Source: Eledone cirrhosa
Taxonomy: Eukaryota
Assembly (NCBI GenBank): GCA_964016885.1
Contig: OZ024742.1
Location: forward strand, 353,214,001-353,278,000
Length of the DNA: 64,000 bases
Direction: 5' to 3'
How positions within the stretch are numbered: position 1 is the first letter of the stretch; each line of letters begins with the position of its first letter. Positions 1 through 14,075 of this stretch are shown here, piece by piece. The position numbers were made by a program, and so were the translations under genes. The notes beneath the pieces are model-generated. The model was not told where the DNA came from and ran no database searches. It worked only from the letters and a program-made list of their open reading frames with translations.

Positions 1-1690
1 TCTCTACGTATTGACTCTCGAACCTTTACAGCGGAAGCTGGAGCTGTTGCAGGGCATCCCCCTCTAACTCGGGACGGGGAAAGGCTATCTCGGCTTATGC
101 GGACGACATCACCGTGATGGTGTCGGACACCTCAGAAATCGAGATGGTCGGCGACTTATTGGAGGAATATGAAAGGTTGACAGGAGCCAAACTTAACCCG
201 GAAAAGTGGGTGAGCTTGCAACTCGGCACCTGGAGAGGCAGTCCATAACGTCCAACAGCGTCGTGGGGCGCTGGACGGACGGACCGGTAAAGTTGATCGG
301 CGTTTGTTTCGGACCACACCTCCAGATGGATAGGAATTGGGACGAGGTGACGGGCAGGGTAGAGCCAGTCTCACCCATAAATGAACTAGTATGGAACTAT
401 CACTGAAATTCGGGCGGAGGTGGTGAACGCGTACATCGCGTCGGTCAGCTACTATAGTCTGACCGTCGTGCCTTGCCCCCGTTCGCGCCTCGCCATCTTG
501 GAGTGGCTCCTCTTCAAATTATTGTGGAGGGGTCAGCTTCCGCATTTGAGGCAGTCCATCTGCTGCCAGCCTCCTCTACCTGGAGGGCTGGGCATGCCGT
601 GGCTAATGATGCGCAGACACGCGCTGAGGCTGCGGCATCTCCAGATATTCTGCCCAAACGGTGAACAGGTGTGGTCGCTGTTTGTCAGACGGGCCCTTCC
701 GCAGCTCGTCTCTTTGACTGAGCTGCAGCCCTGGGTCCGGAAAAGACCGAGACTGCGTGACTGGCATCTGGAATGTTGCCAGGCACTCACATCCCTCTAC
801 CAGGCGGGCAATGTGGTCAGTAGAACTTCCACTCTCGAGTTCTATAGAGGATTATTGGTGGGCAAGTGCGACGACGCACTCAGAGAGGCTCTGGGAGTCG
901 ACGAAGTCGAACTAACCAGTCTGCTCCGAAGGATTTTCGAGCCGGAGACGATGGATAATTTCCAGAAATCCCTCGCTAGGCAGTGCTACCGGGGGCACAA
1001 CCGGTTCGAGATAAACTCTATAGGCACGGAAGTGCTGTCAGACGGACCTGCCCAAGAGCAACGAAACCGTTCTGCACGCACTCGTCCTGTGTCCGTGCAT
1101 TACTTACCTGTGGAGTTATGTCGAACAGCTGTTGTCGCGTGTAGAACGGATCCGGCTATCGGCCGAGTCCATGTTGAAGATCGACCCACGCCTTCCTTTA
1201 GACAGGAAGGGCAGACAATTATCCTCTGTCTGGTGGCAGTACCGAAAGAGGTTGTATGGTGGACGAGCTTGAAAGGACTAAGACAGACACTTTTCTCTTC
1301 GGCCAATACCCCATCAACCTTTTGAAGTTTCACTTAGAAAGGAAGGTGAGACTGGAGAGAGAAGTGCTGCCCCCAGTACATTTGCTGAAAGGTGGGTGAA
1401 TGTCGCGAGAATGGCCCGTGTGAGTGGGCTTACTCTGGTCATCCGCTTCTAGGTGGGTAAATTGGTGGAGGAGAGGGGTTCCCTCGGTGCGTCGGGTCGT
1501 TCAGACTGATGGGGTACCTGAGCGAACCCTGGGTGGTCAACCCCCCTATTGGTGAATTGTTATTGTATTGTTATTGTTACTTTGTTATTGTTATTCATAT
1601 TTTTAACTTGATTTTTCTGTATAACCTGACTGTCCATGTATTTTGTATTGTCCCCTATATGTCGCCCCTTGAGGCCAATAAATGAAATCA
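1..1690 (+). mobile_element. Tx1/L1-clade non-LTR retrotransposon, copy 1 (3' part, decayed ORF2 plus 3' UTR)
   Basis: RT motif SAYADDITV near 90-117. Nucleotide sequence closely follows 8440-10140. Frameshifts and stops present. Ends in AATAAATGAAATCA followed by a (TTA)-like tract. Confidence 0.9.
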
Positions 1691-2978
1691 TTGTTATTAT
1701 TATTAGTAGTAGTTGTAATAGTATGAAATAATAATATTATTAATAATCATCGATTTAATTTACTTTGCATCTACAGAATTTTCCCATGAGATAAATTGTA
1801 TAAACAAATTATTTCCAAGCTCTATTGTTCGATAACTCTGTCAGTGTCGGGTTTAAATCGTGTAACATGGTCCATTAAATTGGCTGCTATAAAAGGCATG
1901 ACATATCAGATTTATATTACAACAAATAGAAATTGTTTCGTATCTTCTACTTTTTCCCGATTTGATTATATTCATACTTAATCAATATTTATCAAATATC
2001 GATACAGAAATTATCAAAGCTTATATGTTTTAATTTATCGAATCCTATATTGACGCACCGTGGCCTCTAGAACTAACATTGTCTTGTAATAGTCAAATTG
2101 GTAAAGGTATTGTTGAAATTTGTAATAAGTTTACGCCGTTTCACTTCTTTATTAAAGATAAACATACGACATGGATATTCATTCTGACTAACAATACACA
2201 AGGAATTATATTTCAATAAAAACCTCCTTAACCCAATATTTCGAGTGTTCTGAATTGTTGTGCATATATATTGTAAGTTCTTTATTAAAACAATTATTTG
2301 TTTTATTTTATATTCATAGTTAGGTACCTTTTCTTTGCGATTCATCAAATTAATGTTTGATAGAGTCATTGTTCCAAGATTTGTCATTGTGGAATGATTT
2401 ATATGTTGATAATACTTATGACACTTTCCCAAAGAACATATCAACGGTAATCTTTAATTGCTTATTTCAATCTATATCCTTCAAATTGTATTAATCAGTT
2501 ATTTGACGAAAAGAAACACCCAAAATATGTATAAATGAAATCTAAATTACAAAACCTTTCTTTGTTACGGGATAATACATTACATATTTTCACGCAAGTA
2601 TGCATCACATATCACAACTGCGAGCTTATATCAAATATTTTCGAAACGAATCCTCAAATTCAATATTTTCTTAGTTTTTGAGTGATTTGAATCGTATTTC
2701 ATTGTGAACAACTTCATTGTGTGGGCTCACATCTATCGACGTACTGTCTTAAGATGCACAATCACCATTCATCATTTTGAACTAGTTGGCATGCGTCTCG
2801 TTCTGGAGTATGAATAACTGTCAACTGTTCGAGACACTAAGGAAGAAGAAGGAAAATTAAAATCCCGCATGAATCAATTTATTTCCTCCTAGTATTTCAT
2901 GAATTAAATTCCCTTCACCAGAATATATGGAACTTTCAGAGCAAAACGACCCCCTTCTATTCGCTTTCGAATTAGATG

Positions 2979-3021
<43 letters not shown>

Positions 3022-3024
<3 letters not shown>

Positions 3025-3826
3025 ACCGCTTCTTGGATTACCCACACGCGATATTGACTTCTAACCAAAATCTCCAAACATCCGTGTAACTTACCAACTT
3101 TCCAACCATCCCCTTACACCATCACCTATATAACTCACCCACACACACACCCCAAACATTTTTTTTATCCACACGCCACCCACACCACAACACGCTTAAA
3201 CCACACACACGTGCTTCCCACCACATATTTACACCCTCAGCCTCCTGATTCCTCTCCCCCCACCCCCTATCCACACACGCACAGACCCTCCGACCCACAA
3301 AAAACACCCCCCACACACACCTTCCTGAACATGCAACCCCGTTCTTCCCCCAACCCTCACTTTCACATACACACACACACACACGCACACCTAACCACAC
3401 ACACCACCTTCAGCCCTCCCCGCTCGGACACCCCGTCTCCCTCTCCCCACTCCATCCGCCACCACCCATACTCACCCCACACCCTTCCACCACCTGTTTA
3501 CCCCCCTTTTAATTTCAGTTTATTTTGATCATGCCTTTATTTTTAAATTTTCTCATTCCTTGTATTTTGATCATGCTTTATTTTTTTTTATTATTTATTA
3601 TATGTTTGTCTTTATTTGTTAATTTTTCATTCGCACCGTTTCCTTTCGCTATATGTCTCTCCACCACTCCCCTACACACCTTTTGAACTCTGTTCCCACA
3701 CACTTCTCACCTGAAGAAGGGCTTATGCCCGAAACGTCGTCCCCCACCTACCCCCCAGTCTCCTGAGCGTGAATTTAATAAACATTTATCGTACTGCCTC
3801 TCTGTTCTGTCCCTGTTCAATTTTTC

Positions 3827-3829
<3 letters not shown>
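3022..3829 (+). mobile_element. Probable PLE 3' UTR/pseudo-LTR remnant between (TA)n tracts
   Basis: Bounded by (TA)n on both sides. CA-rich body, an HHR-like core at 3711-3738, then AATAAA. Confidence 0.5.
3706..3740 (+). ncRNA. Minimal type I hammerhead-like motif with weak stem I
   Basis: CTGAAGA-a-GGGC ttat GCCC-GAAA-cg-TC. Stem III is palindromic (ACGT). Only 2 bp of stem I are visible. Confidence 0.55.
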
Positions 3830-3867
<38 letters not shown>

Positions 3868-3982
3868 TAATAAGAGGAATTCCAACTTTGTCTGATTTAC
3901 TCGTTTTATTTACAATCATTTAACATTTATAATGGTATTATATTGAAATGTTATGATAGAATATTAAATTCTAAGTGTTAAT

Positions 3983-4021
3983 TGAACAAGTATTTTCATG
4001 CTTTCGCAATCTTCAGGTTCA
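3983..4021 (-). ncRNA. Type I hammerhead ribozyme in the PLE1 3' pseudo-LTR
   Basis: Minus strand reads TGAAC-CTGAAGA-tTGC gaaa GCAt-GAAA-atac-TT-GTTCA, with a 5-bp stem I. Confidence 0.8.
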
Positions 4022-4548
4022 TAATATGTGGTGACAGTCAAGTTTGCAATTTTCAACTGTAATGCGATGGGTAAATTGTGTACCTTATATACAATGAAAA
4101 GTGGCTCCAGATTACTAAATCTTGCAAACTGTATTACGACCAATCGGTGTGTAGTTTCACTGAATTACTAAAGCTGATTGGTTTAAGCGTCACGGCTGGT
4201 TGAGCATGTCTAACGACCAATAATTAATGATATCCAAAGCATCAATTGTTTTGCTATTTTTAGAAATGATGAAAATAGCATTTTCCAGTAATCATCACCA
4301 TCAACATCAATGTTATTATTATTATTATTATTATTATTGACGAAAGTGGATGTACGTTTTTTGAAGCTCCGTGAGTAAGCAATTCTTGAGGATTAATTGT
4401 AGAGAATTGTTTATTTTTTTGTACCGCTGAAGCATTATAAGACATTCATTTGTATCCTGTGAAGGAATAACTCATAATATTTGGGCCTTTTGGCCCAAAT
4501 ATTTGAACTTTATTTTGGAAAAATAATAATTTTTTTTCTCAAAAAAAC

Positions 4549-6458
4549 ATGGCGGAGCCACGCCCCCTAGAGGCGGGTCTGCTGTCGTGCAACGGCGACT
4601 TGAGCGTTGAGAGGAGAGGTGGGGCGAGGAGCGCCACCAGCACGAGTGTGAGCAGCGACAGTGCCAGCACCAACGGGCCGAGCGGCGCGGAAGGTGGTAA
4701 CAGCGATAACACCAACACCAACAAGCCGAACAGCGCAGAAGGTGGTAATAGCGAGAGCACCAACAAAACGAACAGCACAGAGTAATAGTAGCGACAGCAG
4801 CAGCACCAACAAGGCAAACAGCACAGAGGGTAACCACGACACAGGGGAGAACAACAACAGCAATAGCAGCAGCAACACCAACAAGAACAACAACAGTGAC
4901 AACACCAACAAGAACACCTTCGCTGCTGTGGCAGCGGCTAAAAGGAGACCATGCTACAGCATCGACTTAATAAACAGAGAGGACAAGTTGGCCCAGGCCT
5001 GGAAAATCATAAATCAAGAGCAGACCTGGGCAAACTTAACTGTCCCGGCAGAAGCCATTGAGGCAGTGGAAAAAAGAACGGTGCATTTCAGATGCATCTC
5101 AGTAGAGACAAAGAGGGCAGCGATAATCGCCCAAGCTGATATAGAAGCCGCACTGAAATACATCAGAGAGGACACAGACTTCATAGAGAGGGGCAGGCAA
5201 TACGGCACCGTTTCGGTGCTGTTCAAGTCTGAAGCCCTCGCTGTGAAGCATTCAATGACCCCTTGCAAAACCAGCAAGGTCATAATGTACCCCTCCCACA
5301 TGGGAAAACGAATAGCACGTGTGCGCATTCCCAGGATTCCACCAGGACTTGATATGTGGTGGCTTCTGGGTTGCGTAATCGTGGAAGGAACGGATACAGT
5401 CCCGGTAGAGGCAACGAGAACTGCCAGGGACGACTGATCCGGGGTTGATCTGGAGATACTGCTCCAAACCAGACCCGAAAACGTAAAAGCAATCCCGGAC
5501 CACATCCGCCTCCAAAACGGGAGGGTGTTGCATATAATGACTGAGGGCAAAAGGCTGCATTGTTTCCTTTGTGGGGAAACGACACACTTGCGAGCCTTCT
5601 GCCCTCAACTGCCGAAAAGCGCAAGGGGTCGAAAGATTCCTCTGCTGGCGACGCCGGGACAAGGACCACCAGCAACACCGTCAACAATGGAACCACCAAA
5701 ATTGCACACCCAGGGGGGAAACGAGGAAAGCTCTCCCATCCCCCCCCCCAAAAAAAAAATACTCACACGAACAAGAACATAAACACTCACTCAGACACAA
5801 ACACGCTCACAGCCACAGACCCCTCATCCTCCAGCAGTGAAGATGAGGGAAAACCAAAGTCCCCCAAAATACAAAAAACAAAACACAAAAAAAAAAGAAA
5901 TCCACAAAGCACAAACACCCCCACAAAAAAAATACACACACCACCCACACAAACATTTTCCCCACAGCATCACCAACACAACCACCAAAATCCCCCAAAC
6001 GCAAAGAAGCTAAACAGACAAAAGAACAAATAGACACACAAACATCAGAAACTACAGACACCCCACCCACAACAAACGCAGACACAATAGAAACAACACT
6101 AACAAAGCTATCACCACCACAATCACACGAACAAATAAAACCCGAGCAACAAAACATTAAAAACTTCGTGCTTGCCAGAAGGGCCAACAAGGAATTGATG
6201 GCCCATGTAGCACGAAGCACAAACATCGAAAAAGAGGGGGAAACATTTGAAGCGAGCACATTTCGCGTACCAGATAATTTGCTTCTGATACGAATGTCGC
6301 TCGCTTCATACAAAGAAATTCGAAAGAGCTTTCCTCGGGATGTGGGAACCCCGAACGTAAAACCCACTTCAAGACTATTAAAGGGGTTCCCAAAAGAAAC
6401 CCCACAAACCATGGAGGTCGAACCACCCGACCTTCACAAGACCCCGGAAGGTAAGTAA
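4549..6458 (+). pseudogene. Tx1 ORF1 (gag-like, zinc knuckle), disrupted
   Basis: Frames 4549-4785, 4661-5437, 5525-5782 and 6168-6458. CCHC knuckle CFLCGETTHLRAFC. Stops and frameshifts present. Confidence 0.8.
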
Positions 6459-6487
6459 ACCTTTCCCCTCCCATTCATCCTGCCAGC

Positions 6488-9400
6488 ATGGCCATAAGAG
6501 TAGGAAGTTTAAATGTTCGTGGCCTGGGGTCGCCCTGGAAGCAAGGTCACTTGCTCAACGACCTCAGGTCACTAGGAATGGATGTAATTGCCATCAGCGA
6601 GACCAGAATTTCCGACACACGCGCACTGGCGCCGATTTTCGACGATTATCAGATCTTTGCATCTGTTAGTCGGCCGGGTTGGGAGGTGGAGTGGCTGTGC
6701 TGTTTAGGAAATGTCTGGATCTCGAGGTAAGGTCAATCTTCCGGGATCCTGACGGAAAGTTGGTGGTCCTGGACGTGAGCAATAGCGAAGGTGGTGCCTT
6801 TAGACTGGTGGCCGTCTACGCCCCTACTGGGGCCGGTCGGCCGGACTTCTTTAGGCGCCTGGAAAACTTTCTGCTTACGTCTCGCCCTTTACTGTTAATA
6901 GGGGATTGGAATGGCATCTTAGAAGCACGCTGGGATTGTGTGGGAGTATCTGATAGGAGCGGGGGGTGCAAAAGCCTCAAGTACCTGATCAGCCAGTTTC
7001 AACTGTCTGACAGGTACCGACTAGATTTCCCTAATGCGCCAGTATGGACCTGGACCAATCGCATAGGGTCATCTAGATCGTACATAGATAGGATTTTCAT
7101 TAGGAAAAGAGATAGAAATAGTGTAGGATGTCCACATTTTAAAACGGTTGCCTATTCAGATCACAAGCTTGTGATCTGTATGGTCGACCTAGATAAGACA
7201 CGTAGGTTAGGACCTAGCTACTGCAAGCTAAACATGTCGTTTCCGGCACGTAAAGCTTACAGGGACCGGGTCAACAACTTAGTTAAGCAAAAGTTGACAG
7301 GGGGGGTTGTAAACAACAGGTGGTGGGGGGCTCTCAAAAGAGAGATAGAGCAACCTCGATAGGATTTAGCAAAGAAGTAGCAATAGAGAAAAATAGAAAG
7401 GAGGAGGGGCTGATAGCTAAGTTAGACGAGGCTATTTGTAGTGGCATTGCACCAGACGTGCTAGCGGCGAGAATGGCACTAGACCATTTCTTCAATGCGA
7501 AACACGAAGGTTGCATTGTCAGAGCTAAGGCGCGTGCTCTGAGGAACGAGGGAACCAAAGCTGCCCGATGGGCTCGCTTTGCAGAGACGCAGCGTGGAAA
7601 TAAAACCACAATTCGGTCTTTGACGGATCGAGATGGACACGAACTGAGCGATTCCAAGCAGATGTGTGAGGCCTTTCGCCAGCACTTTGCTCGATTGTTC
7701 GGGAGGATGGGTGAGTCGGAGACGGCGGCGGACTCCAGTCCCTACCTCGACGGCTTACCACGCCTCTCGACGGCCGACGCTGAGCGCTGAGAAGAGCCGA
7801 TAACATCAGTCGAAATTCAGGACGCCCTTGTCGGCTGCTCGAGTCGCAAGTCATCCGGTTTGGATGTTCTGCCCTACGAGCTTTACGTAAATATGCCAGA
7901 CTAGTTCTCCGATCTCCTCGAAGCGCTCTACTGCAACTGGCAGCAGAACGGGAGCATTTCCAGTTCTGCGAGCCGTGGCGTAGTGACGCTGATAAGGAAA
8001 GACGAGAACAAGAGGGACACACTAGATAATTTCAGGCCCATAACCCTGCTCAACACTGAGTTTAAGATGTTGGCCAAGGTGTTAGCGAAAAGGTTGGCGC
8101 TTGTCGTCAAAGATTTGGTTGGGGAGGCGCAAACTTGCGCAATCCCGACCAGGTCCATACACGACAACCTCCACCTCATGCGATACATCATAGAGGGGGT
8201 TGGGTGCAAACCTGGCTTCGGTGGGGCTCTGATCAATTTAGATCAATCGAAAGCATTCGATACGGTCGACCATCGGTACTTGGAGGCTGTCCTCGAGGCG
8301 GCTGGCTTCGGCCCCGTCTTCAGAAGCTGGATCGCTGCAATGTACAGCGGCATCTGCTCGGTGGTCAAAGTTAATGGCCACCTCTCGGAACCGTTTCAGA
8401 TCTCTCGATCGGTCCGTCAAGGGTGCCCTCTCTCCTCACTTCTGTACGTATTGACTCTTGAGCCTCTACTGCGGAAGCTGGAGTTGTTGCAGGGCATCCC
8501 GCTCGAACCGGGACGTAGAAAGGCTGTGTCCGCTTATGCGGACGACATCACCGTGATGGTGTCGGACACCTCGGAAATCGAGGTGATCCGCACCCATTTG
8601 GAGGAATATGAAAGGTTGACGGGAGCAAAACTTAACCCGGAAAAGTCGGTGGGCTTGCAGCTCGGCACCTGGAGAGGCAAGTCCATGCCGTCCAACAGCG
8701 TCGTTGGGCGCTGGACAGACGGACCGGTAAAGTTGCTCGGGGTTTGGTTCGGACCAGACCTCCAGGTGGATAAGAATTGGGACGAGGTGACGAGCAGGAT
8801 AGCCAACGTCACCCAGAAATGGGCTGAGAGAAAGCTATCACTGAAAGGGCGGGCGGAGGTGGCGAACGCGTACATCGCGTCCGTCATCTACTACCGCCTG
8901 ACCGTCGTGCCTTGCCCCCGTCCACGCCTCGCCAATTTGGAACGGCTCCTTTTCAAATTTTTGTGGAGGGGACGGGTCCCGTTGGTGAGGCGGTCCATCT
9001 GCTGCCAGCACCCTCTTCGTGGAGGGCTGGGCATTCCGTGGCTAATGATGCGCAGACATGCGCTGAGGCTGCGACATCTCCAGATATTTTGCCTAAACGG
9101 TGAACAGGTGTGGTCGCCGTTTGTTAGACGGGCCTTTCCGCAGCTCATCTCTTTGACTGAGCTGCAGTCCTGGGTCAAGAAGAGACCGAGACTGGGCGAC
9201 TGGCATCTGGAATGTTGCCAGGCGCTCACTGCACTCTGCAAGGTGGGCAATGCGGTCAGTGGAACTTCCACTCAAGATTTCTATAGATGATTAGTGGAGG
9301 GCAAGTACGATGACGTACTAGGAGAGGCTCTAGGCGTCAACGAAGTAGAACTGACCAGTATGTTCCGGAGGACTTTCGAGCCGGGGACGATGGATAACTT

Positions 9401-9886
9401 CCAGAAATCCCTCGCTTGGCAGTGCTACCGGGGGGCGCTGCCGGTTCGGGATAAACTCTACAGGCACGGAAGTGCTGTCAGACGAACCTGCCCGAGATGC
9501 GCGCAGAGCGACGAAACCGTTCTGCACGCACTCGTCCAGTGTCCGTGCATTGCTGACTTGTGCGGTTATGTCGAACAGCTATTGTCGCGTGTAGAACGGA
9601 TCCGGCTATCGTCCGAGTCCATAGTGAAGATTGACCCGCCGCCTTCTTTTGGTCAGGAGGGCAGGCAATTTTCCTCTGTCTGGTGTTAGTAGCGAAAGAG
9701 GTTGCATGGTGGACCAGGTTGAAAAGACTGAAGACAGACACTTTTCTCTTCGGCCAATCCCTCATCAACTTCTTCAAGTTTCACTTGGAAAGGAAGGTGA
9801 GGGTGGAGAGAGAAGTGCTGCCCCCCAGTACATTTACTGAAAGGTGGGTGAATGTGGCGAGAATGGCCCTGATCATGCGCCTGTAG
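6488..9886 (+). pseudogene. Tx1 ORF2: APE endonuclease, reverse transcriptase and C-terminal CCHC, disrupted
   Basis: APE motifs SLNVRGL, SET, VYAP, GDWN, SYIDRIF and SDHK. RT motifs FRPITLLN, DQSKAFD, VRQGCPLS and YADD. C-terminal CPRC...ETVLHALVQC. Several stops and frameshifts. Confidence 0.93.
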
Positions 9887-10250
9887 GCTGGTGAATTCGA
9901 GAAGGAGAGGGGTGCACTTCCCGGGTGCCCTAGGAGCGTCGGGTGGCTCAGGACTGGTGGCGTGCTTGAGTCAACCTGGGTGGTGATCCCTCTTATTGGG
10001 GAACTTTCATTGTTGTATTTTTATTGTTATTTTGTTTTTTGTTATTTATACTTACTCGATGTCTATGTAAACCCCCACTGTCCCTGTCTATTGTGTTGTC
10101 CCCTATATGTCTGCCCTTGTGGCCAATAAATGAAATCATTATTATTATTATTGTTGTTGTTTTTGTTTTTGTTGTTTTTGTTGGTTATGTTAGTGGTCGT
10201 AGTCGACATCGTCGTAGTCATAGTCATAGTAGAAGTAATACCCCTAAGCG

Positions 10251-13200
10251 TTATTATTGTTCATTTAGTTTGGGTTTGAATTTATCAATAACATTATTTT
10301 CTTTGATTTTTCTCTTGATTTCACTTGGGCTGTGTAATTAGTAGAATGGAAATATTATAAATATTCCCTGACCACATGTTGCTAGATGGTTACTTAGGGG
10401 TATCTGACGGACATTTGGGTCTCTGATTTGCTGACGGTGTACCTGTGCACGTTCCGATAGTACATTTCCAGTTTGACCGACATATAGTTCTTCACAATTC
10501 GGGCATTTAATGCAGTAAATTAGATTTTTGCTTTTGCAGTTCATATTTCCATTTCGGAATATTTTTCCAGTTTTTGTTTTCATATATTGACCGGCGTGTA
10601 TGGATTGACATGTGCCGCATCGACTATCATTGAATGATTGGTCTTTGTTGTTAAGGTCAAACTTTGCTTTTGTTAGTAATTGGTTCAAATGTTTTGGCTG
10701 TCTGTTACTAAGTGTCACAGATCGATCTGTTATTAAGCCTTTTAATTCATTACTTTGAGCAATGATCGGTAGGTTTGCTTGGGCAGTGTTGAAGATATGT
10801 TGGTGACATGGGTTGTGTGTCATTATAAATGGTATGACCAGTTCTTGGTTTCTTCTTCCTTGGGTTGTCCTAAGTTGTTGTATAGGTATGTTTATAGCCC
10901 GCTGTATGCCATTTCCTATAAGTAGAGATGGGTATTTTTGTTTGAGCAAAAATTCTCTTAGTTTTGTTAGGCGTTTGTACCTGGTGCTCGTATCTTCTAC
11001 AATGGTACACATTCTTCTGGATAGGCAGTACGGGACGTTGAGTTTTGTATGAGGTGGATGGCACTACTTAAAATTCAGATATTGATGTGTGTCTGTGTGT
11101 TTATAATATATATCCGTGGTAATGATGGTGTCGTTTTTGATTATCATTATATCTAGGAATGGTAATTTGGTCCTACTCATCTCATTTGTGAATTGGAGAG
11201 ATGAGTGTAGGTTATTCAGGAGCATATTGAACTCATCCAGTGTATCTAGAGATTCTGTCCAGATGATGAAACAGTCGTCGAGGTATCTCTTCCAAGATTT
11301 TTCAATGTACTTTCTAAAGTCAGTACTATATTTTTCCTCTTTTTCTTGGTAGAGTTGTTGTTCTAAATATCCCATTACAGAGTTCGCGTAAACGGGAGCA
11401 AACTTTGTTCCCATCGCTGTGCCTCTAATTTGGATGTAATTCTTTCCATTGAAGAATAAAGTGTTGTTTTCCAGAATAAGTTTAACTGCGTCTAATATAA
11501 ATGGCGCTGTGAATCTGATGGGAATCACTTCTCTATGTTTTTCCACCCAGTATTTAACTGCCTTTATTCCTAAATCATGTGTAATGTTGGTGTAAAGGCT
11601 TACCACATCAAAACTAAGTAGAAGTGAATTCGTTTCCGTGGTTATGGGAAGATGGGACAGGAAGTCGATATCATCCCGGATGAAACTGGGTATGTGAATA
11701 CATAGTGGTTTCAAAATAATGTCAAAAAAAGTTCTTAGACGGTGGGTAGGGTTGTGTTGGAACAGCTATAATAGGTCTAAGTTTTAAGTCTTTTGGGTGT
11801 AGTAATTTAATGTACTCACTGTTTTGTTCTCTTATTGCCAGTTGTATTTCTTTTGACTTATGAACTTTCGGTAGGCCATACAGGTTGCTGGGTTTCGGCT
11901 CAAAGTTGGTGATGTAGTCTCTTTCCTTATCATTAAGTGAGTTGTGGTATTTTGAAGCCAGGTTGTTGATCTTCTTCATGATGTTGTGGTCTATATTTGA
12001 CGGTATTTCATGATAGAATGTTGTGTCTTTCAGTTGTTCCTCAACCAAATCCTTGTAGTATTCAGTATCCATTATAACAACTGCACCCCCTTTATCTGCT
12101 TGTTTAATTATTATTGTTTCATCATTTTGTATACGTTTAAGTGCAGACATTTCTGATTTGATAATGTTTGGCCTAACATTAATATTACGTCTAAGAGGAC
12201 ATTTAGACAGGATGTCAATGTATTGGTCGAGATAGATATTTCTTCCTTTTGGCGGAGTGAAATTTGATTTATTCTTTACTAGTGATTCATCACTCTCATT
12301 ACTTTTATCAGCGAAGAATTCTACAAGACGTAATTTTCGACAGAATTCTTGGGTATCCTCCTTCAGTTCTTGGTGGTTGACTGTTGGAGTCGGTATGAAT
12401 TTCAGTTCTTTTGACAGAATTTGCATTTCATCATTGTCAAGATCTCTTTTAGATAAATTAATTATTTTAGGATCTACGTGTACAGTTGTTTTGCGTATGT
12501 TTCCTCCTGGAGTTTTTCTTTTTCCGGTTTTTGTTGTCCTGACGTTAAAAGATGTATTTTTCTCTTTCGGGATTTATATTCCTGTTGGTGTTTGCTTGAT
12601 GAACTTTTGGTCGTGATATTATATTTGGTTTCGTTATGTATTTTGTCCTATTTTTGGTATTATGTATATTATTTTTCCTGTTAGCATTATTTTTAACAAT
12701 CTGGGGAAATGACCTAGGTTTGCTTCCAGGTTTAGATCGTTTTTTCGCCCAGTTCCTTGTGGGCAATCTCTCTTGAGATCTTGAGAGTGATCTGGTTATT
12801 CTACGTTTTGTCTCCACATTCCTTGTTGGTAGTCTCTGTTGAGATCTTGAGAATGATCTCCTGGTTTTGCTACTTCTCATGGTCTGGTCAAAGGAATATC
12901 TATCGTGTTTGTGCTTTGTGTTCATGTTGTGAGCGATAGGGCGTTTCTGTAGAAAAAGCGAAGAGTTATTACCGTAGTTCATCTTTGATTCAAGGTAAGG
13001 TGAGTGTTTGTGTTGGCACGTGTTCTGGCGTATGTTGTGTTGATGAGATTGTCCACTTTTAATGCTTTTTCTCAGGGTTCCAGAGTATTTACCGTAATTT
13101 GCAGCATATTCGTCGAGAAATAATTGTTTCTGCTGCCATACATTTCTTGATTTGTTTTCTTCTTTTGAGATATCTCTGATCCATAGTTCTCGTAGTTTTT

Positions 13201-13837
13201 CAGCTATAATACCAGCCGTTAGCTTTGAAATTTCAACTTCAAGTTGGTCATCAATAGTTTCATATTTGGCTTTGTAGCGGGATTGTTTACATTGACATTG
13301 GAGATGTCGGTCCTGAATGATGTCAATGTAAGTTTCCATCGGAGTTTTGTTTCTTCTTCTGGTTCTCCTGCAATTTCTGTAATTAGGTATTTACGAGGGA
13401 GTATGGGTGCCGTTAGAGAGAGCCATTTCGAATGTGTTTCGAAATATTTTTCGTATTTGTATGTTTTCCAGAAGTTTTGTTTTCTTATGTTAAGAAATTT
13501 TGTCCATGTCTTCCACATTTCTTTTCTTATTCGATGTGTTTTGTTTTCCAAATGTCTTTCGTTTAGTTCTGACATCCAAGGGGGTTGTGGTAGGCTTTCT
13601 CTTGTATCTTTGATAACTGTTGATATCATTTCAGCTAAATTCTTAATTTCAGAGTTTATATGTTCAGTTTATATGTTCAGTTTATATGTTAAGTTTTCCG
13701 TCTGTAGATTGTTTTTCTATTTCATTTAAAATAGAGGATTGTGTGTCAATCACCGTGATAAGTGTTGATAAATTCGATGATAGCTCCTTTAGAATTATTT
13801 CTGATTCTGTTGATTTCATTTGCTGCTTTCCAGACAT
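10251..13837 (-). pseudogene. PLE1 polyprotein (RT plus C-terminal GIY-YIG endonuclease), disrupted
   Basis: Motifs LKFIPTP, ADKGGAVV, LYGLPKVHK, SFDVVSLYTNI, GTAMG, RYLDD, FLDI, CGTC and NLIYCIKC...LYVGQTG, spread over several frames. Confidence 0.92.
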
Positions 13838-14036
13838 GTTGGCATATACACAATAGGAATATATATATATATATATATATATATAGATAAATATACACGG
13901 GTGTGTATGATTGTGTATAGAAGATTATATTAATAAGAGGAATTCCAACTTTGTCTGATTTATTTACAATCCTTTCAAATTTATAATGGTATTATAATGA
14001 AATAGTATGATAGAATATTAAATTCTAAGTGTTAAT

Positions 14037-14075
14037 TGAACAAGTACTTTCATGCTTTCGCAATCTTCAGGTTCA
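14037..14075 (-). ncRNA. Type I hammerhead ribozyme in the PLE1 5' pseudo-LTR
   Basis: TGAAC-CTGAAGA-tTGC gaaa GCAt-GAAA-gtac-TT-GTTCA. Stem III is palindromic (AGTACT). Confidence 0.85.

Larger units (their letters stand above)
4339..10140 (+). mobile_element. Tx1/L1-clade non-LTR retrotransposon, copy 2 (full length, mutated)
   Basis: Starts right after (TTA)n at 4312-4338 and ends AATAAATGAAATCA(TTA)n. Two-ORF layout. Confidence 0.93.
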
